A program made the position numbers and the translations under genes. A stretch of 64,000 bases of DNA, taken from the NCBI GenBank assembly GCA_949474265.1, contig CASXBC010000002.1, forward strand, positions 48,926 to 112,925, given 5' to 3'. Below, piece after piece: positions 1-9,063 of the stretch (the stretch's first letter is position 1; every line of letters starts with the position of its first letter). The stretch is from an uncultured bacterium (lineage in GTDB: Bacteria > Bacillota > Clostridia > Christensenellales > UBA1242). The notes beneath the pieces are model-generated. The model did no database searches, was not told the DNA's origin, and worked only from the letters and a program-made list of their open reading frames with translations.

Positions 1-675
1 ATTTCAAAGCAATTTTTAGAAAATGGAGCCAAAGTTATTGCATTATATAAAGCAGATGATAAAAATGCAGAAAAGGCGGTTTCTATTTTATCAAAATTGG
101 GTGACTTTTCTGTGGTCAAATGTGATGTTACGGATGAAAAAGCTGTTGAAAGTGTTTTTGCATCAATTAAAAGTTTGGATTTCTTGATAAATTGTGCTGG
201 TATTAGCAATGAGGATTTTATTGAAAAGTTAACAGTTCAACAGATTAGAGAGACTATTGATGTAAACTTAATTGGAAAAATAATATGTTGTCGAAGTGCA
301 TTGTCTTTATTAAAAAAATCTAAGACGCCTGTAGTCATCAATATTGCTTCTAGATTTGCGGAACGTCCTTTGGCGACATGTATTCCATACACCACTAGTG
401 AAGCGGCAATTGTTATGCTGTCTAAAAATCTGGCGTTGGAATGGAAAGATTATAAAATAAGAGTCAATACAGTCAGTCCTTCATTGACTATAACTCCATT
501 AACACAAAAACTTTATACGAAGCAAGAAATTGAAGAGACTGCAAAGAGAAATCCATCACATAGATTAGGGCAAGTTGAAGATACTGCCAATGCGGTTTTA
601 TTTCTTTGTAGTGAGAAAGCAAGTTATATAAATGGCGAAAATCTAAATGTAAATGGCGGAATACTTTTGTTATAA
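1..675 (+). CDS. Short-chain dehydrogenase/reductase (FabG-like), 5' end outside window
   Basis: Frame 1 is open from nt 1 (ISKQFLENGAKVIALY...). SDR core NIASRF...YTTSEAAIVMLSKNLALEW...RVNTVSP. The listed ORF 97-675 is only the part after an internal start. Confidence 0.8.
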   Translation: MSKQFLENGAKVIALYKADDKNAEKAVSILSKLGDFSVVKCDVTDEKAVESVFASIKSLDFLINCAGISNEDFIEKLTVQQIRETIDVNLIGKIICCRSALSLLKKSKTPVVINIASRFAERPLATCIPYTTSEAAIVMLSKNLALEWKDYKIRVNTVSPSLTITPLTQKLYTKQEIEETAKRNPSHRLGQVEDTANAVLFLCSEKASYINGENLNVNGGILLL

Positions 676-679
676 AAAT

Positions 680-717
680 AAAAAACACACTATAGTCACT
701 CAATTTTGAAACTAGCG
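680..717. repeat. Island-1 left boundary half-sites AAAAAACACAC (680-690) and TTTGAAACTAGCG (705-717)
   Basis: Both motifs recur in inverted orientation at 8978-8990 and 9008-9019. Confidence 0.6.
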
Positions 718-730
718 GAATAATTAAAAG

Positions 731-758
731 GAACTCTATCGTTTTAGAGTTCTTTTTT
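731..758 (+). terminator. Hairpin GAACTCTA-N6-TAGAGTTC followed by T6; also T-rich on the other strand
   Basis: Perfect 8-bp stem read directly. T-run 753-758. Confidence 0.6.
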
Positions 759-788
759 GTGGCTTTATGCCGCGAAAGGTTCTTTACT

Positions 789-909
789 CAGGGCTTAAGA
801 ATGAAACATAATAAACAAAAGGCAAAAGAAAAAGCGAATGTAACTTCGCTTTAATAGCATAATGCTTGTTTCTTTGTCTTATTTGCCTAGATTCTCATTC
901 TAAGCCCTG
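789..909. repeat. ~120-nt long imperfect hairpin just downstream of recombinase 1
   Basis: CAGGGCTTAAGAATGA (789-804) pairs with TCATTCTAAGCCCTG (895-909) with one bulge. Inner AGGCAAA/TTTGCCT and small hairpins AGCGAA..TTCGCT and AGCAT..ATGCT. Confidence 0.55.
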
Positions 910-944
910 TGTCAAGAACACCGTGGAATAAATTAGCCACAAGT

Positions 945-2447
945 CTAAATAACCACATAAATATCATAAGTATTGGTTTTAGTTTTAATAATGCTACCTT
1001 TGAAGTGTCTTTCAGTTGTATAGGTTTCAGTAAAGACTTCTTGTATTATTGGCTCATTATTTGCTATTTGGTTTATCGCATAATTTATTCCTATCTCAAT
1101 CTTGTTATCATATACTTTAACAAACTTAATAAACAACTCAAAAGCCATATTTGGACATTGTTTCATTGTGTATTTGAAGAAATTTTGTATATCTTCTTTC
1201 GTCAGTTCGTATCTCTCTTTAGATTGCTCGATTATAACTTTCTCTTGTAAATCTTTCTTTGTTATTTCAAGTTCTTCTAATCTTGCCTTTGTAGTGTCGG
1301 TTATTATTCCTTTTTCAATTGCTGACATAATATTTGCAATTGAAGTGTTTACTTTTTGCAAGTCGCTTTTAAGTGCAGATAGTGATGTATTACTGTTTAC
1401 TCTTTTCTTATGCACTTCAAATATCTTTTCGGTCAATATTTCTAGGTTTTTATGTGTGTTAAATTGTTCTATTAAGAATTTGTCTATAACACCCTCAATA
1501 AAGTCCTTATACATTCTTTTGTTTGCACAATTGTCTTTCTTTGTGCCTATACAATTATAATATCTTAAGCTTTTACCATTAGAAGATATTGCAGATGTTG
1601 GATACATTTTCTTATTGCAATAACAACAAAAGATTTTATCTTTCAATCTAAATATTTCGTGATTATCTTTTCTTGAGCCATATCTTGTTTTGTTATATCT
1701 TTCCATTACTTTTTCATATAACTCATTTGATATAATTTGTGGATATATTTTGTCATATACTTTTCCGTTTTTTTTACAAATAACTGTGTAAATTTCTCGC
1801 TTTAAGATATATCGTATAACTTCTGGAATGAATTTTCTACCTTTGTTTGTAATGTTTTCTTCTTCAAGACTTTTAGATATTTGCAAGATTGTTTTACCAC
1901 TCGCATAGTCTTTATAAATTCTATTCAATATTTGCGATTCTTCTTCATTAGCAATTAACTTTTTGTTTTCTTTAATGTAGCCATAAGGCACTGAGCCAAT
2001 ACAATGTCCTTTCATTCGTGATTCGTGTAGTCCACGACTAACTTTTTGTGCTAGTTCTTCACTAAAGTATTGATTCATTCCCTCTAGTAGTGATTCAAGT
2101 AAAACTCCTTCTGGGGTTTCTGGAATATTCTCCATAGCAGATAATAGTTTAATACCATTGTCTTTTAAGTGCTTTCTATGAATTGCTGACTCGTATTTGT
2201 TTCTTGCAAATCTGTATAATTTGTAAACTAAAACATAGTTCCATTTTTTGTTGTTGCTATCTTTTAGCATTCTTTGAAAAGATTCTCTTTCATCCGTTGT
2301 TCCACTTATGGCTCGGTCAATGTATGAGTCCACGATTATTATGCCATTCCTTTTTGCATAATCCTCGCACACATGGACTTGTCCTTCAATGGATTGTTCT
2401 GTTTGGTTAGTGCTAGAGTATCTAGCGTAAATTACTGCTGTTTTCAT
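945..2447 (-). CDS. Large serine recombinase (resolvase/invertase N-domain plus recombinase and zinc-ribbon-like regions)
   Basis: 500 aa. N-terminus MKTAVIYARYSSTNQTEQSIEGQ has the catalytic Ser motif. Cys-rich CCYCN...YYNC region. RBS AAGGAG upstream. Paralogous to 28469-29974. Confidence 0.9.
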   Translation of the reverse strand: MKTAVIYARYSSTNQTEQSIEGQVHVCEDYAKRNGIIIVDSYIDRAISGTTDERESFQRMLKDSNNKKWNYVLVYKLYRFARNKYESAIHRKHLKDNGIKLLSAMENIPETPEGVLLESLLEGMNQYFSEELAQKVSRGLHESRMKGHCIGSVPYGYIKENKKLIANEEESQILNRIYKDYASGKTILQISKSLEEENITNKGRKFIPEVIRYILKREIYTVICKKNGKVYDKIYPQIISNELYEKVMERYNKTRYGSRKDNHEIFRLKDKIFCCYCNKKMYPTSAISSNGKSLRYYNCIGTKKDNCANKRMYKDFIEGVIDKFLIEQFNTHKNLEILTEKIFEVHKKRVNSNTSLSALKSDLQKVNTSIANIMSAIEKGIITDTTKARLEELEITKKDLQEKVIIEQSKERYELTKEDIQNFFKYTMKQCPNMAFELFIKFVKVYDNKIEIGINYAINQIANNEPIIQEVFTETYTTERHFKGSIIKTKTNTYDIYVVI

Positions 2448-2482
2448 TTTCTTTTTTCTCCTTTTATATATTTTATATTTGT

Positions 2483-2623
2483 CTTTCGACGGAGCGAAAA
2501 TAAACGAAAACGGATTATAATCTTTAACTTTGAAATATATATTTTTTAGTCAAGGTTTGCGACAAGCAATATACTTTAACCTTGGCTAAAAAGAGTTTTC
2601 GTTTACGCTCCACAAGGCGAAAG
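2483..2623. repeat. ~140-nt nested inverted repeat upstream of recombinase 1
   Basis: CTTTCG..GGAGCG..AAACGAAAAC (2483-2511) versus GTTTTCGTTT..CGCTCC..CGAAAG (2595-2623). Inner TTTTTAGTCAAGGTT (2543-2557) versus AACCTTGGCTAAAAA (2578-2592). Confidence 0.55.
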
Positions 2624-2734
2624 ATAAATACTCTCGTATCAAGACAAGCACACGCCTGAGTGCCAAATTATTTAAAATTTTATAAAATAAGTCAACGATT
2701 GCTTGCCAAAATTACATCGTTTATGTTATATTAA

Positions 2735-2752
2735 AAGTAAAGAAAGTAAAGA
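2735..2752 (+). promoter_or_regulatory. Tandem 9-bp direct repeat AAGTAAAGA x2 between putative promoter and RBS of the AbrB-like/hsdM operon
   Basis: Read directly. Lies about 20 nt upstream of the ATG at 2773. Candidate operator; function inferred. Confidence 0.35.
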
Positions 2753-2772
2753 ATTTTTAAGGAGCAAAAAAA

Positions 2773-2982
2773 ATGATAAAGCAAGCGAAGTTATCAAATA
2801 AATGTCAAATAACAGTTCCGAAAGAGGTTAGGAAATTGTTGGAGATTGATAAGGGAGATGATGTCGTTTTTTATATTGAAGATAATGAGGTAAAACTAAC
2901 CAGTATTAAAAACATAAATCTAAAACTAAAGAACCCAAAAAAGAAAACAACAATGAAAAAAGGAGAAAATAACAATGGATAA
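2773..2982 (+). CDS. AbrB/MazE/SpoVT-family DNA-binding protein
   Basis: 69 aa. SpoVT-AbrB-like N-terminus KCQITVPKEVRKLLEIDKGDDVVFYIEDNEVKL. RBS AAGGAG. Overlaps the hsdM start by 8 nt. Confidence 0.75.
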   Translation: MIKQAKLSNKCQITVPKEVRKLLEIDKGDDVVFYIEDNEVKLTSIKNINLKLKNPKKKTTMKKGENNNG

Positions 2983-4702
2983 ACAAAAGATTGATAATAA
3001 GGCAAGTTTGATATGGAGCATTGCAGATAAACTTCAAGGAGATTATAAGCCTCATGAATATGGAGATGTTATTCTTCCATTTACTGTGCTTAAAAGGTTT
3101 GATTGCGTCCTTGCCGAAACTAAAGATAAGGTTCTAAAAGTGGCATCTGAATATCCTGTTATTACTCCACCTGTTGACAAACTTCTTAAAAGTGTAGCAA
3201 AACAACAAATATACAATGTAAGCAAATATAATTTTAAAAACTTGCTTGACGACCCTGATAATATAAAAATTAATTTTAAAAAATATATTGCGGGTTTCTC
3301 TGAAGAAGTAAAGGATATCTTAAGTAAAGAGCATGGTTTTGAGTTTGACAGACAAATTGAAAAACTAGACAATGCAAGTTTGTTATATTTGATAATCGCT
3401 GAATTTAATACCGAAAAAGCAGATTTACATCCCAACAAAGTTAGCGATATCGAAATGGGATATATTTTTGAGGAAGTAATTAGAAAATTCAGCGAAACAT
3501 ATCAAGCTGACGCTGGAGAATTTTACACGCCAAGAGAAATTATTGATTTAATGGTCAATTTGCTTTTAAATAATGAAGAATTGAGTGAGAATAACAAGGT
3601 TATACAAATATACGACGGAGCGTGTGGCACAGGTGGAATGTTGTCTATCGCCTACGAACGAATCAAGGAACTAAACAGTACAAATGCTGTTTTTACAAAT
3701 GGTCAAGAAATCAACCCTCAAACTTATGCCATTTGTAAAAGTGATATGTTACTTAAAGGCGGTAAAAACTCGTTAATTAAATTTGGTAGCACACTTTCAA
3801 ATGACCAATTTCCTGAAGAACAATTTGATTATATTATTATGAATCCGCCATTCGGCAGAGAATGGAAAAAAGACAAAGAAGAAGTTGAAAAAGAACATAA
3901 GCGTGGTTTTGCTGGCAGATTTGGTGCAGGATTACCTGCAGTTAGTGATAGCCAAATGTTGTTTTTGCAAAATGCTATTTCAAAAATGAAACCAAGCGGA
4001 AGCAGGGTTGCAATAATACATAATGGTTCGCCTTTATTTTCTGGTGATGCTGGTAGTGGACCAAGTGAAATAAGAAAGTATATTATTGAAAATGATTTAC
4101 TTGAAGCCATCATTCAACTACCTAATAACATTTTTTATAATACTGGAATTACTACTTATATTTGGTTGTTGTCCAATAAAAAAACAAAGGAAAGAGCTGG
4201 TAAAATTCAACTTATAAAAGCGACTGAAATGTATATAAAACGTCGCAAAGTTTTAGGAGAAAAACGCAACGATATTTCAAAAAGTCAAATAGAGCAAATT
4301 GCTAAAATATATGATGACTTTAAAGAAACTGAGAACAGCAAAATATTCGACAATGATGCTTTTAAATATTTGAAAGTAGTAGTTGAAACGCCACTTAAAG
4401 ATGAGCAAGGTAATATAATCTTAGATAAAAAAGGCAAAAAACAGCCAAATGCAAGTTTACGAGATACAGAAATTATACCAGTCAAAGATAATATTGAAGA
4501 GTTTATGCAAAAAAAAGTTTATCCTTTTAACCCTGAGGCCTATGTAGATGAGGGTAAAACAAAAATAGGATATGAAATCCCTTTTGTAAAATTATTTTAC
4601 AAGTTTGTTCCACCAAAACCGTCAAAAGACATCTTTGCTGAAATAAAAGAGATGGAAAAACAAGAAGCCATATTAATGAAGGAGTTATTTAGTAATGATT
4701 AA
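2975..4702 (+). CDS. hsdM: Type I restriction-modification system, DNA methyltransferase subunit M
   Basis: 575 aa. N6-adenine MTase motifs YDGACGTGGML and IIMNPPFG. Followed by the S and R subunits with overlapping junctions. Confidence 0.92.
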   Translation: MDKQKIDNKASLIWSIADKLQGDYKPHEYGDVILPFTVLKRFDCVLAETKDKVLKVASEYPVITPPVDKLLKSVAKQQIYNVSKYNFKNLLDDPDNIKINFKKYIAGFSEEVKDILSKEHGFEFDRQIEKLDNASLLYLIIAEFNTEKADLHPNKVSDIEMGYIFEEVIRKFSETYQADAGEFYTPREIIDLMVNLLLNNEELSENNKVIQIYDGACGTGGMLSIAYERIKELNSTNAVFTNGQEINPQTYAICKSDMLLKGGKNSLIKFGSTLSNDQFPEEQFDYIIMNPPFGREWKKDKEEVEKEHKRGFAGRFGAGLPAVSDSQMLFLQNAISKMKPSGSRVAIIHNGSPLFSGDAGSGPSEIRKYIIENDLLEAIIQLPNNIFYNTGITTYIWLLSNKKTKERAGKIQLIKATEMYIKRRKVLGEKRNDISKSQIEQIAKIYDDFKETENSKIFDNDAFKYLKVVVETPLKDEQGNIILDKKGKKQPNASLRDTEIIPVKDNIEEFMQKKVYPFNPEAYVDEGKTKIGYEIPFVKLFYKFVPPKPSKDIFAEIKEMEKQEAILMKELFSND

Positions 4703-5972
4703 AAATATTTTGGAAAATCCTTCAAATATAACTATGTGTAGAGTTAAAGATTTATTTTTTATATCAAAAGAAAAAGCTCATCAAGAAAATCCTGTTGTTT
4801 TGAGCTTGGCAAGAGATGCTATTAAAATAAGGGATATTTCTAACAATGAGGGGCAACTCGCCGAAAGTTATGAAAATTATAATCCAGTGAAAATTGGCGA
4901 TTTATTGTTAAACCCTATGGACTTATATAGTGGTGCAAATTGCAATGTATCTTTAGTAGAAGGCGTTATAAGTCCTGCATACATTAATTTAAGAAAAAAA
5001 TATGAAGATATAAATCCTAAGTTTTATGATTACTACTTTAAAATACAATACTGGACAATGAATATGTTTGCTCATGGAAAAGGAGTTTCCTTTGATAATA
5101 GATGGACAATAAACACAGAAGGGATTTTAAATTTTGACATTCCCCATAGCACAATAGATTATCAAAATAAAACTGTAGAAAAAATTGATAAAAAATGTTT
5201 TCAAATTGATGACCTTATAAAACTACAAGAAAAAGAAATTGAAAAGTTGAAAGAATATAAACAATCTGTTATAAGCGAAGTTGTAACAAAGGGGTTAAAT
5301 CCTAATCCAAAAATGAAAGATAGCGGTATTGAATGGATAGGCGAAATTCCTGCAGATTGGAGTGTTAAGCGATTAAAAAATATAGGTAGCTTTTCTAGTG
5401 GAATTTCAAATAAGACCCCCGAAGACTTTGGTTTTGGTTATCCTTTTGTTAATTATAAAAATATATACAAAAACTACGAAATAGATCAGAATGTTGAAGA
5501 AAAAGTAAATTCAACAGAAGAAGATAGAAAAAAATATAATATTAAATATGGCGATTTGTTTTTTACAGGATCTTCAGAGACAATAGATGAACTTGGTTTT
5601 TCAAGCGTTGCAATGAAAGATTTTCCAAATGCTGTCTGGAATGGCTTTTGTATTAGAATGAGACCTTATTCATTTGAGAATTATAATCCTAAATATTTTC
5701 TTTATTTGACTAGGAGTAATATTTGCAGAAATTATTTGGGAGCAAATGACAATTCCATAACAAGAGCAAATTTAAGTCAATCTCGCTTAGGCAGTCTTCC
5801 TATTGTTTTTCCAAATATTGAAAAACAAAATATAAGCGTGCAATATTTAGACAAAGCGTGCGAATATATAGATAATTTAATAAAAGTAAAACAACTAAAG
5901 ATTCAAAAATTACAAGATTATAAAAAATCTTTAATATATGAATATGTAACAGGTAAAAAGAGGTGCGTTTAA
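4695..5972 (+). CDS. hsdS: Type I restriction-modification system, specificity subunit S
   Basis: 425 aa. Two variable halves separated by conserved helical spacers (LQEKEIEKLKEYKQSVISEVVTKG and KVKQLKIQKLQDYKKSLIYEYVTG). Position between M and R. Confidence 0.88.
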   Translation: MIKNILENPSNITMCRVKDLFFISKEKAHQENPVVLSLARDAIKIRDISNNEGQLAESYENYNPVKIGDLLLNPMDLYSGANCNVSLVEGVISPAYINLRKKYEDINPKFYDYYFKIQYWTMNMFAHGKGVSFDNRWTINTEGILNFDIPHSTIDYQNKTVEKIDKKCFQIDDLIKLQEKEIEKLKEYKQSVISEVVTKGLNPNPKMKDSGIEWIGEIPADWSVKRLKNIGSFSSGISNKTPEDFGFGYPFVNYKNIYKNYEIDQNVEEKVNSTEEDRKKYNIKYGDLFFTGSSETIDELGFSSVAMKDFPNAVWNGFCIRMRPYSFENYNPKYFLYLTRSNICRNYLGANDNSITRANLSQSRLGSLPIVFPNIEKQNISVQYLDKACEYIDNLIKVKQLKIQKLQDYKKSLIYEYVTGKKRCV

Positions 5973-8923
5973 TGGAAACGAAAGAAAAGAATTATGAAGC
6001 GTACATTGAAAGATATTTAACCACTACAGATGGCTATATAAAAGATAATGGCTCTGGTTATGATAATAAAATTGGAATAATTACACCTGATTTATTATCT
6101 TTTATTAAAACCACTCAACCTAAAGAATGGAAAAGGGTTCAGGATAGTCAAGGCTCTCAAGTAGAGATTTATTTCATTGATAGATTGAAGAAAAATATTG
6201 ATGAAAACGGACTTTTATATGTTTTACGCAATGGCATTAAGCTGAATGGAGTTACAATAAAACTTATTTTCTTTAAACCTGAAAGTGGAATCAATCCTGA
6301 TAGTATCAAGTTGTATAATCAAAACATTTGCAAGCTTGTTCGTCAATTGCACTATTCATATCTAAATAACAATAGTCTTGATACAGTGCTTTTTATAAAT
6401 GGATTTCCAATCGTAACAATTGAATTGAAAAATGAGTTTACTGGGCAGACCTGCCAAGATGCAATACGACAATATAAATATGATAGAGACCCAAATGAAG
6501 TAATCTTTCAATTTAACAAGAGGTCTTTAGTGCATTTCGCAGTTGATTTACAAGAAGTATATATGACAACAAAATTGAATGGCACATCAACAAAATTTTT
6601 GCCATTTAACCAAGGCTCAAATGGTGCTGGAAAAGTTGGTGGTAAAGGTAATCCTATAAATGAAAATGGTTTTGCAACTGCTTATTTGTGGGAGAATGTT
6701 TTAAATAAAGATAGTTTTTTTGAAATATTAAATAAATATATACAACTGGAAGTTAAGAAAAACAAAAAAACTGGCGAGATTAAAAAGACTTTGATTTTCC
6801 CTAGATATCATCAACTGGATGTTGTAAGAAAATTAATAGCAGATGCAAAAGCAAATGGTGCTGGAAAAAATTATTTAATTCAGCATAGTGCAGGAAGTGG
6901 AAAAAGTAATAGTATTGCATGGCTTGCTTATCGTCTTGCAACTTTACATGATAGTAATGACAATATAATTTTTGATAGTGTTGTAGTTATTACAGATAGA
7001 AGAGTTCTTGACCAACAACTTCAAGATAACATCTATCAATTTGAACATACTCTAGGCTTTATAGAAAAAATTGATAAGAACAAAACCAGCCAAGATTTAT
7101 TGAAAGCAATAAACGCAGGTAAAAAAATAATAATTACAACCTTACAGAAATTCCCTATTATTTATAAAGATATTGAATCTCAAAACAAACATTTTGCGGT
7201 TATAATTGATGAGGCACATTCTTCTCAGACTGGTAACAGTGCAAAGAAACTTAAAGCTGGTTTAGGGGATTTGGAAGAAGCAATCAAAATTGAGAACGAA
7301 CTGGAAGAAAAAACCTCTGAAGATGAAGATAAATTACTTTTTGAGCTTGCAAGTCAGGGAAAACAAAAAAATCTATCATTCTTTGCTTTTACTGCAACTC
7401 CAAAAGCCAAAACTCTTCAAATATTTGGAACAAAAACTGAAGAAGGTAAATTTGTTCCCTTCCATATATATTCAATGCAACAGGCAATTGAAGAAGGCTT
7501 TATTTTAGATGTTTTGCAAAATTATATGACCTATAGTACATTTTATAAGTTGGTTAAAAAGACAAATGAAGACCCTGAATTTGATGCTAGCAAAGGTATT
7601 AAAGAGCTTGTAAGGTTTGAAACTTTACATCCAACCAACATATCTCAAAAAACAGCAATTATTATAGAGCAATTTTTAAACACAACCACCAACAAAATAA
7701 ACGGAAAAGCAAAAGCTATGGTTGTTACTCCATCGAGATTGCATGCAGTAAAGTATGTAAATGCTTTTAAAGAATATATCAAAAAGATATCCATGGAAGA
7801 TAAAATTAGGGTGCTTGTTGCCTTTTCTGGCGAAGTTTTTGACCCTGACACAAAAGAGACTTATACGGAGCCAGGGATAAATAAAATAAGTGAAAGTCAA
7901 TTGCCTGAAGCTTTTGAAGATGAGTATAATGTATTAATAGTTGCTGAAAAATATCAAACAGGATTTGACCAACCATTGCTCCATACAATGTTTGTTGATA
8001 AAAAACTTTCTGGAATAAAGGCAGTCCAGACTCTTTCACGACTTAATAGAATTTGTGAAGGTAAAACTGATACTTTCGTTTTGGACTTTGTAAATAAAGC
8101 TGAAGATATACAAAGTTCATTTCAAGACTTTTACCAAGGTACTGTTTTGGCGGAAGGTTTTGATATTAATAATGTTTATGATATTTATGGCAGATTGGAG
8201 GCATATAAATTGGCTGATATAAATGACATAAATGGATTCGCTGAATTATATTATTCAAATTCTGAAGATATGGGTAAATTAAGTTCTTATTTGTATAGAG
8301 CAAAAGAAAAATATGTTGTTCTTGAAAAGAATGATAAACACGAATTTAAATCTATTATGCAAGCATTTTTAAGAAATTATAACTTTGTTACTCAAGTAAC
8401 TCGTATGAATGATAAAGAACTGCAATCAGCATATATTTATTATAAATATCTAAATCAGTTCCTTCCAAAAGACAACGCTAAATCAGTAGATGTTAAAGAT
8501 TTAGTTGACTTAGAGTTCTACAAGCTTGAAAAGAAGTTTGAAGGAAGCATAACTCTTACAAAAGAACAAGCCGAAATTGAGCCTCCTACTGGAAATATCG
8601 GCAAAAAAGGTGAAACGGCAAAGAGTAAATTGAGCGAAATTATCAATAAAATTAATCAAAAGTATCAGACAAAGTTCACGAATATGGATAAAGTCTTTGA
8701 GCAAATCGAAAACGATTATTTAAATGATGATAGAATGAAAGCATTTGCTAAAAACAACGAAGAAAAAGCATTTAAAAAAGTTTATGATATCGAGTTTGAA
8801 AACAAAGCAATACAAAGATATGAGCAAAACAGCGAATTGTTTAAGATTTTATTTACTGACGAAGAATTTATGAATGATGTTAAATCGGCTTTGTTTAAAG
8901 CAATTTATAGTAAATTAAAATAA
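5972..8923 (+). CDS. hsdR: Type I restriction enzyme, endonuclease/helicase subunit R
   Basis: About 983 aa. Walker A QHSAGSGKSN, DEAH box VIIDEAHSSQ, FAFTATPK. The ATG at 5972 overlaps the hsdS stop (TAATG); the track ORF begins at a GTG at 5963. Confidence 0.92.
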   Translation: METKEKNYEAYIERYLTTTDGYIKDNGSGYDNKIGIITPDLLSFIKTTQPKEWKRVQDSQGSQVEIYFIDRLKKNIDENGLLYVLRNGIKLNGVTIKLIFFKPESGINPDSIKLYNQNICKLVRQLHYSYLNNNSLDTVLFINGFPIVTIELKNEFTGQTCQDAIRQYKYDRDPNEVIFQFNKRSLVHFAVDLQEVYMTTKLNGTSTKFLPFNQGSNGAGKVGGKGNPINENGFATAYLWENVLNKDSFFEILNKYIQLEVKKNKKTGEIKKTLIFPRYHQLDVVRKLIADAKANGAGKNYLIQHSAGSGKSNSIAWLAYRLATLHDSNDNIIFDSVVVITDRRVLDQQLQDNIYQFEHTLGFIEKIDKNKTSQDLLKAINAGKKIIITTLQKFPIIYKDIESQNKHFAVIIDEAHSSQTGNSAKKLKAGLGDLEEAIKIENELEEKTSEDEDKLLFELASQGKQKNLSFFAFTATPKAKTLQIFGTKTEEGKFVPFHIYSMQQAIEEGFILDVLQNYMTYSTFYKLVKKTNEDPEFDASKGIKELVRFETLHPTNISQKTAIIIEQFLNTTTNKINGKAKAMVVTPSRLHAVKYVNAFKEYIKKISMEDKIRVLVAFSGEVFDPDTKETYTEPGINKISESQLPEAFEDEYNVLIVAEKYQTGFDQPLLHTMFVDKKLSGIKAVQTLSRLNRICEGKTDTFVLDFVNKAEDIQSSFQDFYQGTVLAEGFDINNVYDIYGRLEAYKLADINDINGFAELYYSNSEDMGKLSSYLYRAKEKYVVLEKNDKHEFKSIMQAFLRNYNFVTQVTRMNDKELQSAYIYYKYLNQFLPKDNAKSVDVKDLVDLEFYKLEKKFEGSITLTKEQAEIEPPTGNIGKKGETAKSKLSEIINKINQKYQTKFTNMDKVFEQIENDYLNDDRMKAFAKNNEEKAFKKVYDIEFENKAIQRYEQNSELFKILFTDEEFMNDVKSALFKAIYSKLK

Positions 8924-8945
8924 TCTCAATAAATCTTTTAATAAA

Positions 8946-8977
8946 AAAGACATACTAAATAAATAGTATGTCTTTTT
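8946..8977 (+). terminator. Rho-independent terminator after hsdR
   Basis: AGACATACT-N8-AGTATGTCT followed by TTTTT. Confidence 0.75.
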
Positions 8978-9019
8978 CGCTAGTTTCAAAGTTTATAACC
9001 TATTAAAGTGTGTTTTTTT
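8978..9019. repeat. Island-1 right boundary half-sites CGCTAGTTTCAAA (8978-8990) and GTGTGTTTTTTT (9008-9019)
   Basis: Reverse complements of the motifs at 705-717 and 680-690. Confidence 0.6.
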
Positions 9020-9063
9020 GTGATATGCCCAATTTGAAGAGGATAGGCAATACACGATTACAA

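Larger units (their letters stand above)
691..9007. mobile_element. Putative ~8.3-kb serine-recombinase-borne type I R-M cassette (boundaries approximate)
   Basis: Large serine recombinase plus AbrB-like gene plus hsdMSR. Bracketed by inverted outer (ACACAC/GTGTGT plus A/T runs) and inner (TTTGAAACTAGCG) half-sites. Lies between convergent host genes. Confidence 0.5.

Noticed and set aside
909-1560. Plus-strand ORFs 909-1250 and 1102-1560
   Set aside because: They are antisense to the well-supported serine recombinase gene. They are low-complexity and hydrophobic artefacts with no RBS.
680-9019. Island 1 as an invertible (phase-variable) segment flanked by inverted repeats
   Set aside because: The two sites are not identical: the spacers are 14 and 17 nt with unrelated sequence. 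There is no alternative promoter or hsdS arrangement that inversion would switch. A hybrid attL/attR interpretation fits better.
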